64,000 nt of DNA from Eledone cirrhosa (Eukaryota). Shown here in pieces: positions 26,116 through 40,499 of the stretch. The DNA lies in the NCBI GenBank assembly GCA_964016885.1, contig OZ024741.1:412114001-412178000 (forward strand). The letters are read 5' to 3'. Within the stretch, counting starts at the first letter, position 1. The number at the start of each line of letters is the position of its first letter. Made by a program: the position numbers and the translations under genes. Under the pieces are notes generated by a model. It did not search any database. It was given only the letters and a program-made list of their open reading frames with translations, and had not been told where the DNA came from.

Positions 26116-29100
26116 CTGTCTCAATTGTTTAACCCTTTCATTACCATATTTCTAACGTAAGACACTGTCTATGTTGTTTAACCCTTTCATTACCATATTT
26201 CTAATGTAAGGTACTGTCTATGTTGTTTAACCCTTTCATTACCATATTTCTAATGAAAGACACTGTCTATGTTGTTTAACACTTTTATTACCATATTTCT
26301 AATGAAAGACACTGTCTATGTTGTTTAACACTTTTATTACCATATTTCTAATGAAAGACACTCTCTATGTTGTTTAACCCTTTCATTACCATATTTCTAA
26401 TGAAAGACACTGTCTATGTTGTTTAACCCTTTCACTACCATATTTCTAATGTAAGAAACTCTCTATGTTGTTTAACCCTTTCATTACCATATTTCTAATG
26501 AAAGACACTGTCTATGTTGTTGAACCCTTTCATTACTATATTTCTAATGAAAGACACTGTCTATGTTGTTTAACCCTTTAATTACCATATTTCTAATGTA
26601 AGACACTGTCTATGTTGTTTAACCATTTCATTACCATATTTCTAATTAAAGACACTGACTATGTTGTTTAACCCTTTCATTACCATATTTCTAATGTAAG
26701 ACACTGTCTATGTTGTTTAACCCTTTCATTACCAGACTTCTAATGAAAAACACTGTCTATGTTATTTAAACCTTTCATTACCATATTTCTAATGTAAGAC
26801 ACTGTCTATGTTGTTTAACCTTTTCATTACCATATTTCTAATGAAAGACACTGACTATGTTGTTTAACCCTTTCATTACCATATTTCTAATGTAAGACAC
26901 TGTCTATGTTGTTTAACCCTTTCATTACCAGACTTCTAATGAAAAACACTGTCTATGTTATTTAAACCTTTCATTACCATATTTCTAATGTAAGACACTG
27001 TCTATGTTGTTTAACCCTTTCATTACCATATTTCTAATGAAAGACACTGTCTATGTTGTTTAACCCTTTCATTACCATATTTCTAATGTAAGACACTGTC
27101 TATGTTGTTTAACTCTTTCATTACCATATTTCTAACGTAAGACACTGTCTATGTTGTTTAACCCTTTCATTTCCATATTTCTAATGTAAGACACTGACTA
27201 TGTTGTTTAACCCTTTCATTACCATATTTCTAATGAAAGACACTCTGTATGTTGTTGAACCCTTTAATTACCATATTTCTAATGTAAGACACTGTCTATG
27301 TTGTTTAACCTTTTCATTACCATATTTCTAATGAAAGACACTGACTATGTTGTTTAACCCTTTCATTACCATATTTCTAATGAAAGACACTGACTATGTT
27401 GTTTAACCCTTTCATTACCATATTTCTAATGTAAGACACTGTCTATGTTGTCTAAGCCTTTCATTACCATATTTCTAATGAAAGACACTGTCTCAATTGT
27501 TTAACCCTTTCATTACCATATTTCTAACGTAAGACACTGTCTATGTTGTTTAACCCTTTCATTACCATATTTCTAATGTAAGGTACTGTCTATGTTGTTT
27601 AACCCTTTCATTACCATATTTCTAATGAAAGACACTGTCTATGTTGTTTAACACTTTTATTACCATATTTCTAATGAAAGACACTGTCTATGTTGTTTAA
27701 CACTTTTATTACCATATTTCTAATGAAAGACACTCTCTATGTTGTTTAACCCTTTCATTACCATATTTCTAATGAAAGACACTGTCTATGTTGTTTAACC
27801 CTTTCACTACCATATTTCTAATGTAAGAAACTCTCTATGTTGTTTAACCCTTTCATTACCATATTTCTAATGAAAGACACTGTCTATGTTGTTGAACCCT
27901 TTCATTACTATATTTCTAATGAAAGACACTGTCTATGTTGTTTAACCCTTTAATTACCATATTTCTAATGAAAGACACTGACTATGTTGTTTAACCCTTT
28001 CATTACCATATTTCTAATGTAAGACACTGTCTATGTTGTTTAAGCCTTTCATTACCATATTTCTAATGAAAGACACTGTCTCAATTGTTTAACCCTTTCA
28101 TTACCATATTTCTAACGTAAGACATTGTCTATGTTGTTTAACCCTTTCATTACCATATTTCTAATCTAAGGTACTGTCTATGTTGTTTAACCCTTTCATT
28201 ACCATCATTCTAATGAAAGACACTGTCTATGTCTTTAAGCTTGCATTACCATCATTCTAATGAAAGACATTGTCTATGTCTTTAAACCTTTCATTCCCAT
28301 ATTTCTAATGTAAGACACTGTCTATGTTGTTTAACCCTTTCAATAGCATACTTCTAATGTAAGACACTGTCTATGTTGTTTAACCCTTTCATTACTATAT
28401 TTCTAATGAAAGACACTGTCTATGTTGTTTAACACTTTCATTACCATATTTCTAATATAAGATACTGTCTATGTCTTTAAGCTTTCATTACCATCATTCT
28501 AATGAAAGACATTGTCTATGTCTTTAACCCTTTCATTTCCATATTTCTAATTTAAGACACTGTCTATGTTGTTTAACTCTTTCAATACCATACTTCTAAT
28601 GTAAGACACTGTCTATGTTGTTTAACCCTTTCATTACCATATTTCTAATGTAAGACACTGTCTACGTTGTTTAACCCTTTCATTACCATATTTCTAATGT
28701 AAGATACTCTCTATGTTGTTTAACCCTTTCATTACCATATTTCTAATGAAAGACACTGTCTATGTTGTTTAACCCTTTCACTACCATATTTCTAATGTAA
28801 GAAACTCTCTATGTTGTTTAACCCTTTCATTACCATATTTCTAATGAAAGACACTGTCTATGTTGTTTAACCCTTTCATTACCATATTTATAATGAAAGA
28901 CACTGTCTATGTTGTTTAACCCTTTCATTACTATATTTCTAATGAAAGACACTGTCTATGTTGTTTAACCATTTCATTACCATATTTCTAATGTAAGACA
29001 CTGTCTATGTTGTTTAACCCTTTCATTACCATATTTCTAATGAAAGACACTGTCTATGTTGTTTAACCCTTTCATTACCATATTTGTAATGAAAGACACT

Positions 29101-32100
29101 GTCTATGTTGTTTAACCCTTTCATTACTATATTTCTAATGAAAGACACTGTCTATGTTGTTTAACCCTTTAATTACCATATTTCTAATGTAAGACACTGT
29201 CTATGTTGTTTAACCCTTTAATTACCATATTTCTAATGTAAGACACTGTCTATGTTGTTTAACCCTTTCATTACCATATTTCTAATGAAAGACACTCTGT
29301 ATGTTGTTGAACCCTTTAATTACCATATTTCTAATGTAAGACACTGTCTATGTTGTTTAACCCTTTCATTACCATATTTCTAATGAAAGACACTGTCTAT
29401 GTTGTTTAACCCTTTCATTACCATATTTCTAATGTAAGACACTCTCTATGTTGTTTAACCCTTTCACTACCAGACTTCTAATGAAAAACACTGTCTATGT
29501 TATTTAACCCTTTCATTACCATATTTGTAATGTAAGACACTGTCTAAGTTGTTTAACCCTTTAATTACCATATTTCTAATGTAAGACATTGTCTATGTTG
29601 TTTAACCCTTTCATTACCATATTTGTAATGAAAGACACTGTCTATGTTGTTTAACCCTTTCATTACAATTTTTCTAATGTAAGACACTATCTATGTTGTT
29701 TAATCCTTTCATTATCATATTTCTAATGTAAGACACTGTATATGTCGTTTAACACTTTCATCATCATATTTCTAATGTAAGAAACTGTCTATATTGTTTA
29801 TCCCTTTCAATACCACATTTCTAATGTAAGACACTGTCTATGTTGTTTAACCCTTTCATTACCATATTTCTAATGAAAGACACTCTCTATGTTGTTTAAC
29901 CCTTTCATTACCATATTTCTAATGATAGACGCTGTCTATGTTGTTTAACCCTTTCATTACCATATTTGTAATGAAAGACACTGTCTATGTTGTTTAACCC
30001 TTTCATTACTATATTTCTAATGAAAGACACTGTCTATGTTGTTTAACACTTTCATTACCATATTTCTAATGAAAGACACTCTCTATGTTGTTTAACCCTT
30101 TCATTACCATATTTCTAATGAAAGACACTCTCTATGTTGTTTAACCCTTTCACTACCATATTTCTAATGTAAGAAACTCTCTATGTTGTTTAACCCTTTC
30201 ATTACCATATTTCTAATGAAAGACACTGTCTATGTTGTTGAACCCTTTCATTACTATATTTCTAATGAAAGACACTGTCTATGTTGTTTAACCCTTTAAT
30301 TACCATATTTCTAATGTAAGACACTGTCTATGTTGTTTAACCATTTCATTACCATATTTCTAATGAAAGACACTCTGTATGTTGTTGAACCATTTAATTA
30401 CCATATTTCTAATGTAAGACACTGTCTATGTTGTTTAACCTTTTCATTACCATATTTCTAATGAAAGACACTGACTATGTTGTTTAACCCTTTCATTACC
30501 ATATTTCTAATGTAAGACACTGTCTATGTTGTTTAACCCTTTCATTACCAGACTTCTAATGAAAAACACTGTCTATGTTATTTAAACCTTTCATTACCAT
30601 ATTTCTAATGTAAGACACTGTCTATGTTGTTTAACCCTTTCATTACCATATTTCTAATGAAAGACACTGTCTATGTTGTTTAACCCTTTCATTACCATAT
30701 TTCTAATGTAAGACACTGTCTATGTTGTTTAACTCTTTCATTACCATATTTTTAACGTAAGACACTGTCTATGTTGTTTAACCCTTTCATTTCCATATTT
30801 CTAATGAAAGACACTATCTATGTTGTTTAACCATTTCATTACCATATTTCTAACGTAAGACACTGTCTATGTTGTTTAACCCTTTCATTACTATATTTCT
30901 AATATAAGATACTGTCTATGTTGTTTAACCCTTTCATTACCATATTTCTAATGAAAGACACTGACTATGTTGTTTAACCCTTTCATTACCATATTGCTAA
31001 TGTAAGACACTGTCTATGTTGTTTAAGCCTTTCATTACCATATTTCTAATGAAAGACACTGTCTCAATTGTTTAACCCTTTCATTACCATATTTCTAACG
31101 TAAGACACTGTCTATGTTGTTTAACCCTTTCATTACCATATTTCTAATGTAAGGTACTGTCTATGTTGTTTAACCCTTTCATTACCATATTTCTAATGAA
31201 AGACACTGTCTATGTTGTTTAACACTTTTATTACCATATTTCTAATGAAAGACACTGTCTATGTTGTTTAACACTTTTATTACCATATTTCTAATGAAAG
31301 ACACTCTCTATGTTGTTTAACCCTTTCATTACCATATTTCTAATGAAAGACACTGTCTATGTTGTTTAACCCTTTCACTACCATATTTCTAATGTAAGAA
31401 ACTCTCTATGTTGTTTAACCCTTTCATTACCATATTTCTAATGAAAGACACTGTCTATGTTGTTGAACCCTTTCATTACTATATTTCTAATGAAAGACAC
31501 TGTCTATGTTGTTTAACCCTTTAATTACCATATTTCTAATGTAAGACACTGTCTATGTTGTTTAACCATTTCATTACCATATTTCTAATTAAAGACACTG
31601 ACTATGTTGTTTAACCCTTTCATTACCATATTTCTAATGTAAGACACTGTCTATGTTGTTTAACCCTTTCATTACCAGACTTCTAATGAAAAACACTGTC
31701 TATGTTATTTAAACCTTTCATTACCATATTTCTAATGTAAGACACTGTCTATGTTGTTTAACCTTTTCATTACCATATTTCTAATGAAAGACACTGACTA
31801 TGTTGTTTAACCCTTTCATTACCATATTTCTAATGTAAGACACTGTCTATGTTGTTTAACCCTTTCATTACCAGACTTCTAATGAAAAACACTGTCTATG
31901 TTATTTAAACCTTTCATTACCATATTTCTAATGTAAGACACTGTCTATGTTGTTTAACCCTTTCATTACCATATTTCTAATGAAAGACACTGTCTATGTT
32001 GTTTAACCCTTTCATTACCATATTTCTAATGTAAGACACTGTCTATGTTGTTTAACTCTTTCATTACCATATTTCTAACGTAAGACACTGTCTATGTTGT

Positions 32101-32900
32101 TTAACCCTTTCATTTCCATATTTCTAATGTAAGACACTGACTATGTTGTTTAACCCTTTCATTACCATATTTCTAATGAAAGACACTCTGTATGTTGTTG
32201 AACCCTTTAATTACCATATTTCTAATGTAAGACACTGTCTATGTTGTTTAACCTTTTCATTACCATATTTCTAATGAAAGACACTGACTATGTTGTTTAA
32301 CCCTTTCATTACCATATTTCTAATGAAAGACACTGACTATGTTGTTTAACCCTTTCATTACCATATTTCTAATGTAAGACACTGTCTATGTTGTCTAAGC
32401 CTTTCATTACCATATTTCTAATGAAAGACACTGTCTCAATTGTTTAACCCTTTCATTACCATATTTCTAACGTAAGACACTGTCTATGTTGTTTAACCCT
32501 TTCATTACCATATTTCTAATGTAAGGTACTGTCTATGTTGTTTAACCCTTTCATTACCATATTTCTAATGAAAGACACTGTCTATGTTGTTTAACACTTT
32601 TATTACCATATTTCTAATGAAAGACACTGTCTATGTTGTTTAACACTTTTATTACCATATTTCTAATGAAAGACACTCTCTATGTTGTTTAACCCTTTCA
32701 TTACCATATTTCTAATGAAAGACACTGTCTATGTTGTTTAACCCTTTCACTACCATATTTCTAATGTAAGAAACTCTCTATGTTGTTTAACCCTTTCATT
32801 ACCATATTTCTAATGAAAGACACTGTCTATGTTGTTGAACCCTTTCATTACTATATTTCTAATGAAAGACACTGTCTATGTTGTTTAACCCTTTAATTAC
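23000..32900. repeat. Overlapping tandem duplication, period 4943 bp (~101 monomers)
   Basis: ATCTAAGG 23221/28164, GATAGACGCT 24981/29924, TCTAAGCC 27451/32394. Boundaries approximate. Confidence 0.8.
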
Positions 32901-35900
32901 CATATTTCTAATGTAAGACACTGTCTATGTTGTTTAACCATTTCATTACCATATTTCTAATTAAAGACACTGACTATGTTGTTTAACCCTTTCATTACCA
33001 TATTTCTAATGTAAGACACTGTCTATGTTGTTTAACCCTTTCATTACCAGACTTCTAATGAAAAACACTGTCTATGTTATTTAAACCTTTCATTACCATA
33101 TTTCTAATGTAAGACACTGTCTATGTTGTTTAACCTTTTCATTACCATATTTCTAATGAAAGACACTGACTATGTTGTTTAACCCTTTCATTACCATATT
33201 TCTAATGTAAGACACTGTCTATGTTGTTTAACCCTTTCATTACCAGACTTCTAATGAAAAACACTGTCTATGTTATTTAAACCTTTCATTACCATATTTC
33301 TAATGTAAGACACTGTCTATGTTGTTTAACCCTTTCATTACCATATTTCTAATGAAAGACACTGTCTATGTTGTTTAACCCTTTCATTACCATATTTCTA
33401 ATGTAAGACACTGTCTATGTTGTTTAACTCTTTCATTACCATATTTCTAACGTAAGACACTGTCTATGTTGTTTAACCCTTTCATTTCCATATTTCTAAT
33501 GTAAGACACTGACTATGTTGTTTAACCCTTTCATTACCATATTTCTAATGAAAGACACTCTGTATGTTGTTGAACCCTTTAATTACCATATTTCTAATGT
33601 AAGACACTGTCTATGTTGTTTAACCTTTTCATTACCATATTTCTAATGTAAGACACTGACTATGTTGTTTAACCCTTTCATTACCATATTTCTAATGTAA
33701 GACACTGTCTATGTTGTTTAACCCTTTCATTACCATATTTCTAATGAAAGACACTCTGTATGTTGCTTAACCTTTTCTTTACCATATTTCTAATGAAAGA
33801 CACTCTCTATGTTGTTTAACCCTTTCATTACCATATTTCTAATGAAAGACACTCTGTATGTTGTTTAACTTTTTCTTTACCATATTTCTAATGTAAGACA
33901 CTGTCTATGTTGTTTAACCCATTCATTAACATATTTCCAATGAAAGAAACTGTCTAACTTGTTTAACCCTTTAATTACCATATTTCTAATGTAAGACACT
34001 GTCTATGTTGTTTAACCCTTTCATTACCATATTTCTAATGTAAGACACTCTGTATGTTGCTTAACCTTTTCTTTACCATATTTCAAATGAATGACACTGT
34101 CTATGTTGTTTAACCCTTTCATTACCATATTTGTAATGAAAGACACTGTCTATGTTGTTTAACCCTTTAATTACCATATTTCTAATGTAAGACACTGTCT
34201 ATGTTGTTTAACTCTTTCAATACCATACTTCTAATGTAAGACACTGTCTATGTTGTTTAACCCTTTCATTACCATATTTCTAATGTAAGACACTGTCTAC
34301 GTTGTTTAACCCTTTCATTACCATATTTCTAATGTAAGATACTCTCTATGTTGTTTAACCCTTTCATTACCATATTTCTAATGAAAGACACTGTCTATGT
34401 TGTTTAACACTTTCATTACCATATTTATAATGAAAGACACTGTCTATGTTGTTTAACCCTTTCATTACTATATTTCTAATGAAAGACACTGTCTATGTTG
34501 TTTAACCCATTCATTACCATATTTCTAATGTAAGACACTGTCTACGTTGTTTAACCCTTTCATTACCATATTTCTAATGTAAGATACTCTCTATGTTGTT
34601 TAACCCTTTCATTACCATATTTCTAATGAAAGACACTGTCTATGTTGTTTAACCCTTTCATTACCATATTTATAATGAAAGACACTGTCTATGTTGTTTA
34701 ACCCTTTCATTACTATATTTCTAATGAAAGACACTGTCTATGTTGTTTAACCATTTCATTACCATATTTCTAATGTAAGACACTGTCTATGTTGTTTAAC
34801 CCTTTCATTACCATATTTCTAATGAAAGACACTGTCTATGTTGTTTAACCCTTTCATTACCATATTTGTAATGAAAGACACTGTCTATGTTGTTTAACCC
34901 TTTCATTACTATATTTCTAATGAAAGACACTGTCTATGTTGTTTAACCCTTTAATTACCATATTTCTAATGTAAGACACTGTCTATGTTGTTTAACCCTT
35001 TCATTACCATATTTCTAATGAAAGACACTGTCTATGTTGTTTAACCCTTTAATTACCATATTTCTAATGTAAGACACTGTCTATGTTGTTTAACCCTTTA
35101 ATTACCATATTTCTAATGTAAGACACTGTCTATGTTGTTTAACCCTTTCATTACCATATTTCTAATGAAAGAGACTCTGTATGTTGTTGAACCCTTTAAT
35201 TACCATATTTCTAATGTAAGACACTGTCTATGTTGTTTAACCCTTTCATTACCATATTTCTAATGAAAGACACTGTCTATGTTGTTTAACCCTTTCATTA
35301 CCATATTTCTAATGTAAGACACTCTCTATGTTGTTTAACCCTTTCACTACCAGACTTCTAATGAAAAACACTGTCTATGTTATTTAACCCTTTCATTACC
35401 ATATTTCTAATGTAAGACACTGTCTAAGTTGTTTAACCCTTTAATTACCATATTTCTAATGTAAGACATTGTCTATGTTGTTTAACCCTTTCATTACCAT
35501 ATTTGTAATGAAAGACACTGTCTATGTTGTTTAACCCTTTCATTACAATTTTTCTAATGTAAGACACTATCTATGTTGTTTAATCCTTTCATTATCATAT
35601 TTCTAATGTAAGACACTGTATATGTCGTTTAACACTTTCATCATCATATTTCTAATGTAAGAAACTGTCTATATTGTTTATCCCTTTCAATACCACATTT
35701 CTAATGTAAGACACTGTCTATGTTGTTTAACCCTTTCATTACCATATTTCTAATGAAAGACACTCTCTATGTTGTTTAACCCTTTCATTACCATATTTTT
35801 AATGATAGACGCTGTCTATGTTGTTTAACCCTTTCATTACCATATTTGTAATGAAAGACACTGTCTATGTTGTTTAACCCTTTCATTACTATATTTCTAA

Positions 35901-38900
35901 TGAAAGACACTGTCTATGTTGTTTAACACTTTCATTACCATATTTCTAATGAAAGACACTCTCTATGTTGTTTAACCCTTTCATTACCATATTTCTAATG
36001 AAAGACACTCTCTATGTTGTTTAACCCTTTCACTACCATATTTCTAATGTAAGAAACTCTCTATGTTGTTTAACCCTTTCATTACCATATTTCTAATGAA
36101 AGACACTGTCTATGTTGTTGAACCCTTTCATTACTATATTTCTAATGAAAGACACTGTCTATGTTGTTTAACCCTTTAATTACCATATTTCTAATGTAAG
36201 ACACTGTCTATGTTGTTTAACCATTTCATTACCATATTTCTAATGAAAGACACTCTGTATGTTGTTGAACCATTTAATTACCATATTTCTAATGTAAGAC
36301 ACTGTCTATGTTGTTTAACCTTTTCATTACCATATTTCTAATGAAAGACACTGACTATGTTGTTTAACCCTTTCATTACCATATTTCTAATGTAAGACAC
36401 TGTCTATGTTGTTTAACCCTTTCATTACCAGACTTCTAATGAAAAACACTGTCTATGTTATTTAAACCTTTCATTACCATATTTCTAATGTAAGACACTG
36501 TCTATGTTGTTTAACCCTTTCATTACCATATTTCTAATGAAAGACACTGTCTATGTTGTTTAACCCTTTCATTACCATATTTCTAATGTAAGACACTGTC
36601 TATGTTGTTTAACTCTTTCATTACCATATTTCTAACGTAAGACACTGTCTATGTTGTTTAACCCTTTCATTTCCATATTTCTAATGAAAGACACTATCTA
36701 TGTTGTTTAACCATTTCATTACCATATTTCTAACGTAAGACACTGTCTATGTTGTTTAACCCTTTCATTACTATATTTCTAATATAAGATACTGTCTATG
36801 TTGTTTAACCCTTTCATTACCATATTTCTAATGAAAGACACTGACTATGTTGTTTAACCCTTTCATTACCATATTTCTAATGTAAGACACTGTCTATGTT
36901 GTTTAAGCCTTTCATTACCATATTTCTAATGAAAGACACTGTCTCAATTGTTTAACCCTTTCATTACCATATTTCTAACGTAAGACACTGTCTATGTTGT
37001 TTAACCCTTTCATTACCATATTTCTAATGTAAGGTACTGTCTATGTTGTTTAACCCTTTCATTACCATATTTCTAATGAAAGACACTGTCTATGTTGTTT
37101 AACACTTTTATTACCATATTTCTAATGAAAGACACTGTCTATGTTGTTTAACACTTTTATTACCATATTTCTAATGAAAGACACTCTCTATGTTGTTTAA
37201 CCCTTTCATTACCATATTTCTAATGAAAGACACTGTCTATGTTGTTTAACCCTTTCACTACCATATTTCTAATGTAAGAAACTCTCTATGTTGTTTAACC
37301 CTTTCATTACCATATTTCTAATGAAAGACACTGTCTATGTTGTTGAACCCTTTCATTACTATATTTCTAATGAAAGACACTGTCTATGTTGTTTAACCCT
37401 TTAATTACCATATTTCTAATGTAAGACACTGTCTATGTTGTTTAACCATTTCATTACCATATTTCTAATTAAAGACACTGACTATGTTGTTTAACCCTTT
37501 CATTACCATATTTCTAATGTAAGACACTGTCTATGTTGTTTAACCCTTTCATTACCAGACTTCTAATGAAAAACACTGTCTATGTTATTTAAACCTTTCA
37601 TTACCATATTTCTAATGTAAGACACTGTCTATGTTGTTTAACCTTTTCATTACCATATTTCTAATGAAAGACACTGACTATGTTGTTTAACCCTTTCATT
37701 ACCATATTTCTAATGTAAGACACTGTCTATGTTGTTTAACCCTTTCATTACCAGACTTCTAGTGAAAAACACTGTCTATGTTATTTAAACCTTTCATTAC
37801 CATATTTCTAATGTAAGACACTGTCTATGTTGTTTAACCCTTTCATTACCATATTTCTAATGAAAGACACTGTCTATGTTGTTTAACCCTTTCATTACCA
37901 TATTTCTAATGTAAGACACTGTCTATGTTGTTTAACTCTTTCATTACCATATTTCTAACGTAAGATACTGTCTATGTTGTTTAACCCTTTCATTTCCATA
38001 TTTCTAATGTAAGACACTGACTATGTTGTTTAACCCTTTCATTACCATATTTCTAATGAAAGACACTCTGTATGTTATTGAACCCTTTAATTACCATATT
38101 TCTAATGTAAGACACTGTCTATGTTGTTTAACCTTTTCATTACCATATTTCTAATGAAAGACACTGACTATGTTGTTTAACCCTTTCATTACCATATTTC
38201 TAATGTAAGACACTGTCTATGTTGTTTAACCCTTTCATTACCATATTTCTAATGAAAGACACTCTGTATGTTGCTTAACCTTTTCTTTACCATATTTCTA
38301 ATGAAAGACACTCTCTATGTTGTTTAACCCTTTCATTACCATATTTCTAATGAAAGACACTCTGTATGTTGTTTAACTTTTTCTTTACCATATTTCTAAT
38401 GTAAGACACTGTCTATGTTGTTTAACCCATTCATTAACATATTTCCAATGAAAGAAACTGTCTAACTTGTTTAACCCTTTAATTACCATATTTCTAATGT
38501 AAGACACTGTCTATGTTGTTTAACCCTTTCATTACCATATTTCTAATGTAAGACACTATCTATGTTGCTTAACCTTTTCTTTACCATATTTCAAATGAAT
38601 GACACTGTATATGTCGTGTAACCATTTCATTACCATATTTCTAATGAAAGACACTCTGTATGTTTCTTAACCTTTTCTTTACCATATTTCAAATGAATGA
38701 CACTGTATATGTCGTGTAACCATTTCATTACCATATTTCTAATGTAAGACACTGTCTATGTTCTTTATCCCTTTAATTACCATATTTCTGATGTAAGACA
38801 CTGTTTATGTTGTTTAACCTTTTCATTACCATATTTCTAATGTAAGACACGATATATGTTGTTTAACCCTTTCATTACCATATTTCTAAGGAAAGACACT

Positions 38901-40499
38901 ATCTATGTTGTTTAACACTTTCATTACCATATTTCTAATGAAAGACACTGTCTATGTTGTTTAACGCTTTCATTACCATATTTCTAATGAAAGACACTAT
39001 CTATGTTGTTTAACCCTTTCATTAATATATTTCTAATTAAAGACACTGTCTATGTTGTTTAACCATTTCATTACCATATTTCTAACGTAAGACACTGTCT
39101 ATGTTGTTTAACCCTTTCATTACTATATTTCTAATATAAGATACTGTCTTTGTTGTTTAACCCTTTCATTACCATATTTCTAATGTAAGACACTGTCTAT
39201 GTTGTTTAAGCCTTTCATTACCATATTTCTAATGTAAGGTACTGTCTATGTTGTTTAACCCTTTCATTACCATATTTCTAATGAAAGACACTGTCTATGT
39301 TGTTTAACCCTTTCATTACCATATTTCTAATGTAAGGTACTGTCTATGTTGTTTAACCCTTTCATTACCATATTTCTAATGAAAGACACTGTCTATGTTG
39401 TTTAACCCTTTCATTACCATATTTCTAATGTAAGACACTCTCTATGTTGTTTAACCCTTTCATTACCATCATTCTAATGAAAGACACTGTCTATGTCTTT
39501 AAGCTTGCATTACCATCATTCTAATGAAAGACATTGTCTATGTCTTTAAACCTTTCATTCCCATATTTCTAATGTAAAACACTGTCTATGTTGTTTAACC
39601 CTTTCATTACTATATTTCTAATGAAAGACACTGTCTATGTTGTTTAACCCTTTCATTCCCATATTTCTAATTTAAGACACTGTCTATGTTGTTTAACCCT
39701 TTCATTACCATATTTTTAATGTAAGACACTGTCTACGTTGTTTAACCCTTTCATTACCATATTTCTAATGTAAGACACTCTCTATGTTGTTTAACCCTTT
39801 CATTACCATATTTCTAATGAAAGACACTGTCTATGTTGTTTAACCCTTTCATTCCCATATTTCTAATTTAAGACACTCTCTATGTTGTTTAACCCTTTCA
39901 TTACCATATTTCTAATGAAAGACACTGTCTATGTTGTTTAACCCTTTCATTACCATATTTGTAATGAAAGACACTGTCTATGTTGTTTAACCCTTTCATT
40001 ACTATATTTCTAATGAAAGACACTGTCTATGTTGTTTAACCATTTCATTACCATATTTCTAATGTAAGACACTGTCTATGATGTTTAACCCTTTAATTAC
40101 CATGTTTCTAATGTAAGACACTATCTATGTTGTTTAACCCTTTCATTGCTATATTTCTAATGTAAGACACTGTCTATGTTGTTTAACCCTTTCATTACCA
40201 TGTTTCTAATGAAAGACACTGTCTATGTTGTTTAACACTTTCACTACCATATTTCTAATGCACGACACTGTCTATGTTGTTTAACCCTTTAATTACCATA
40301 TTTCTAATGTAAGACATTGTCTATCTTGTTTAACACTTTCACTACCATATTTCTATTGCACGACACTGTCTATGTTGTTTAACCCTTTAATTACCATATT
40401 TCTAATGTAAGACACTGTCTATGTTGTTTAACACTTTCACTACCATATTTCTAATGCACGACACTGTCTATGTTGTTTAACCCTTTCATTACCATATTT

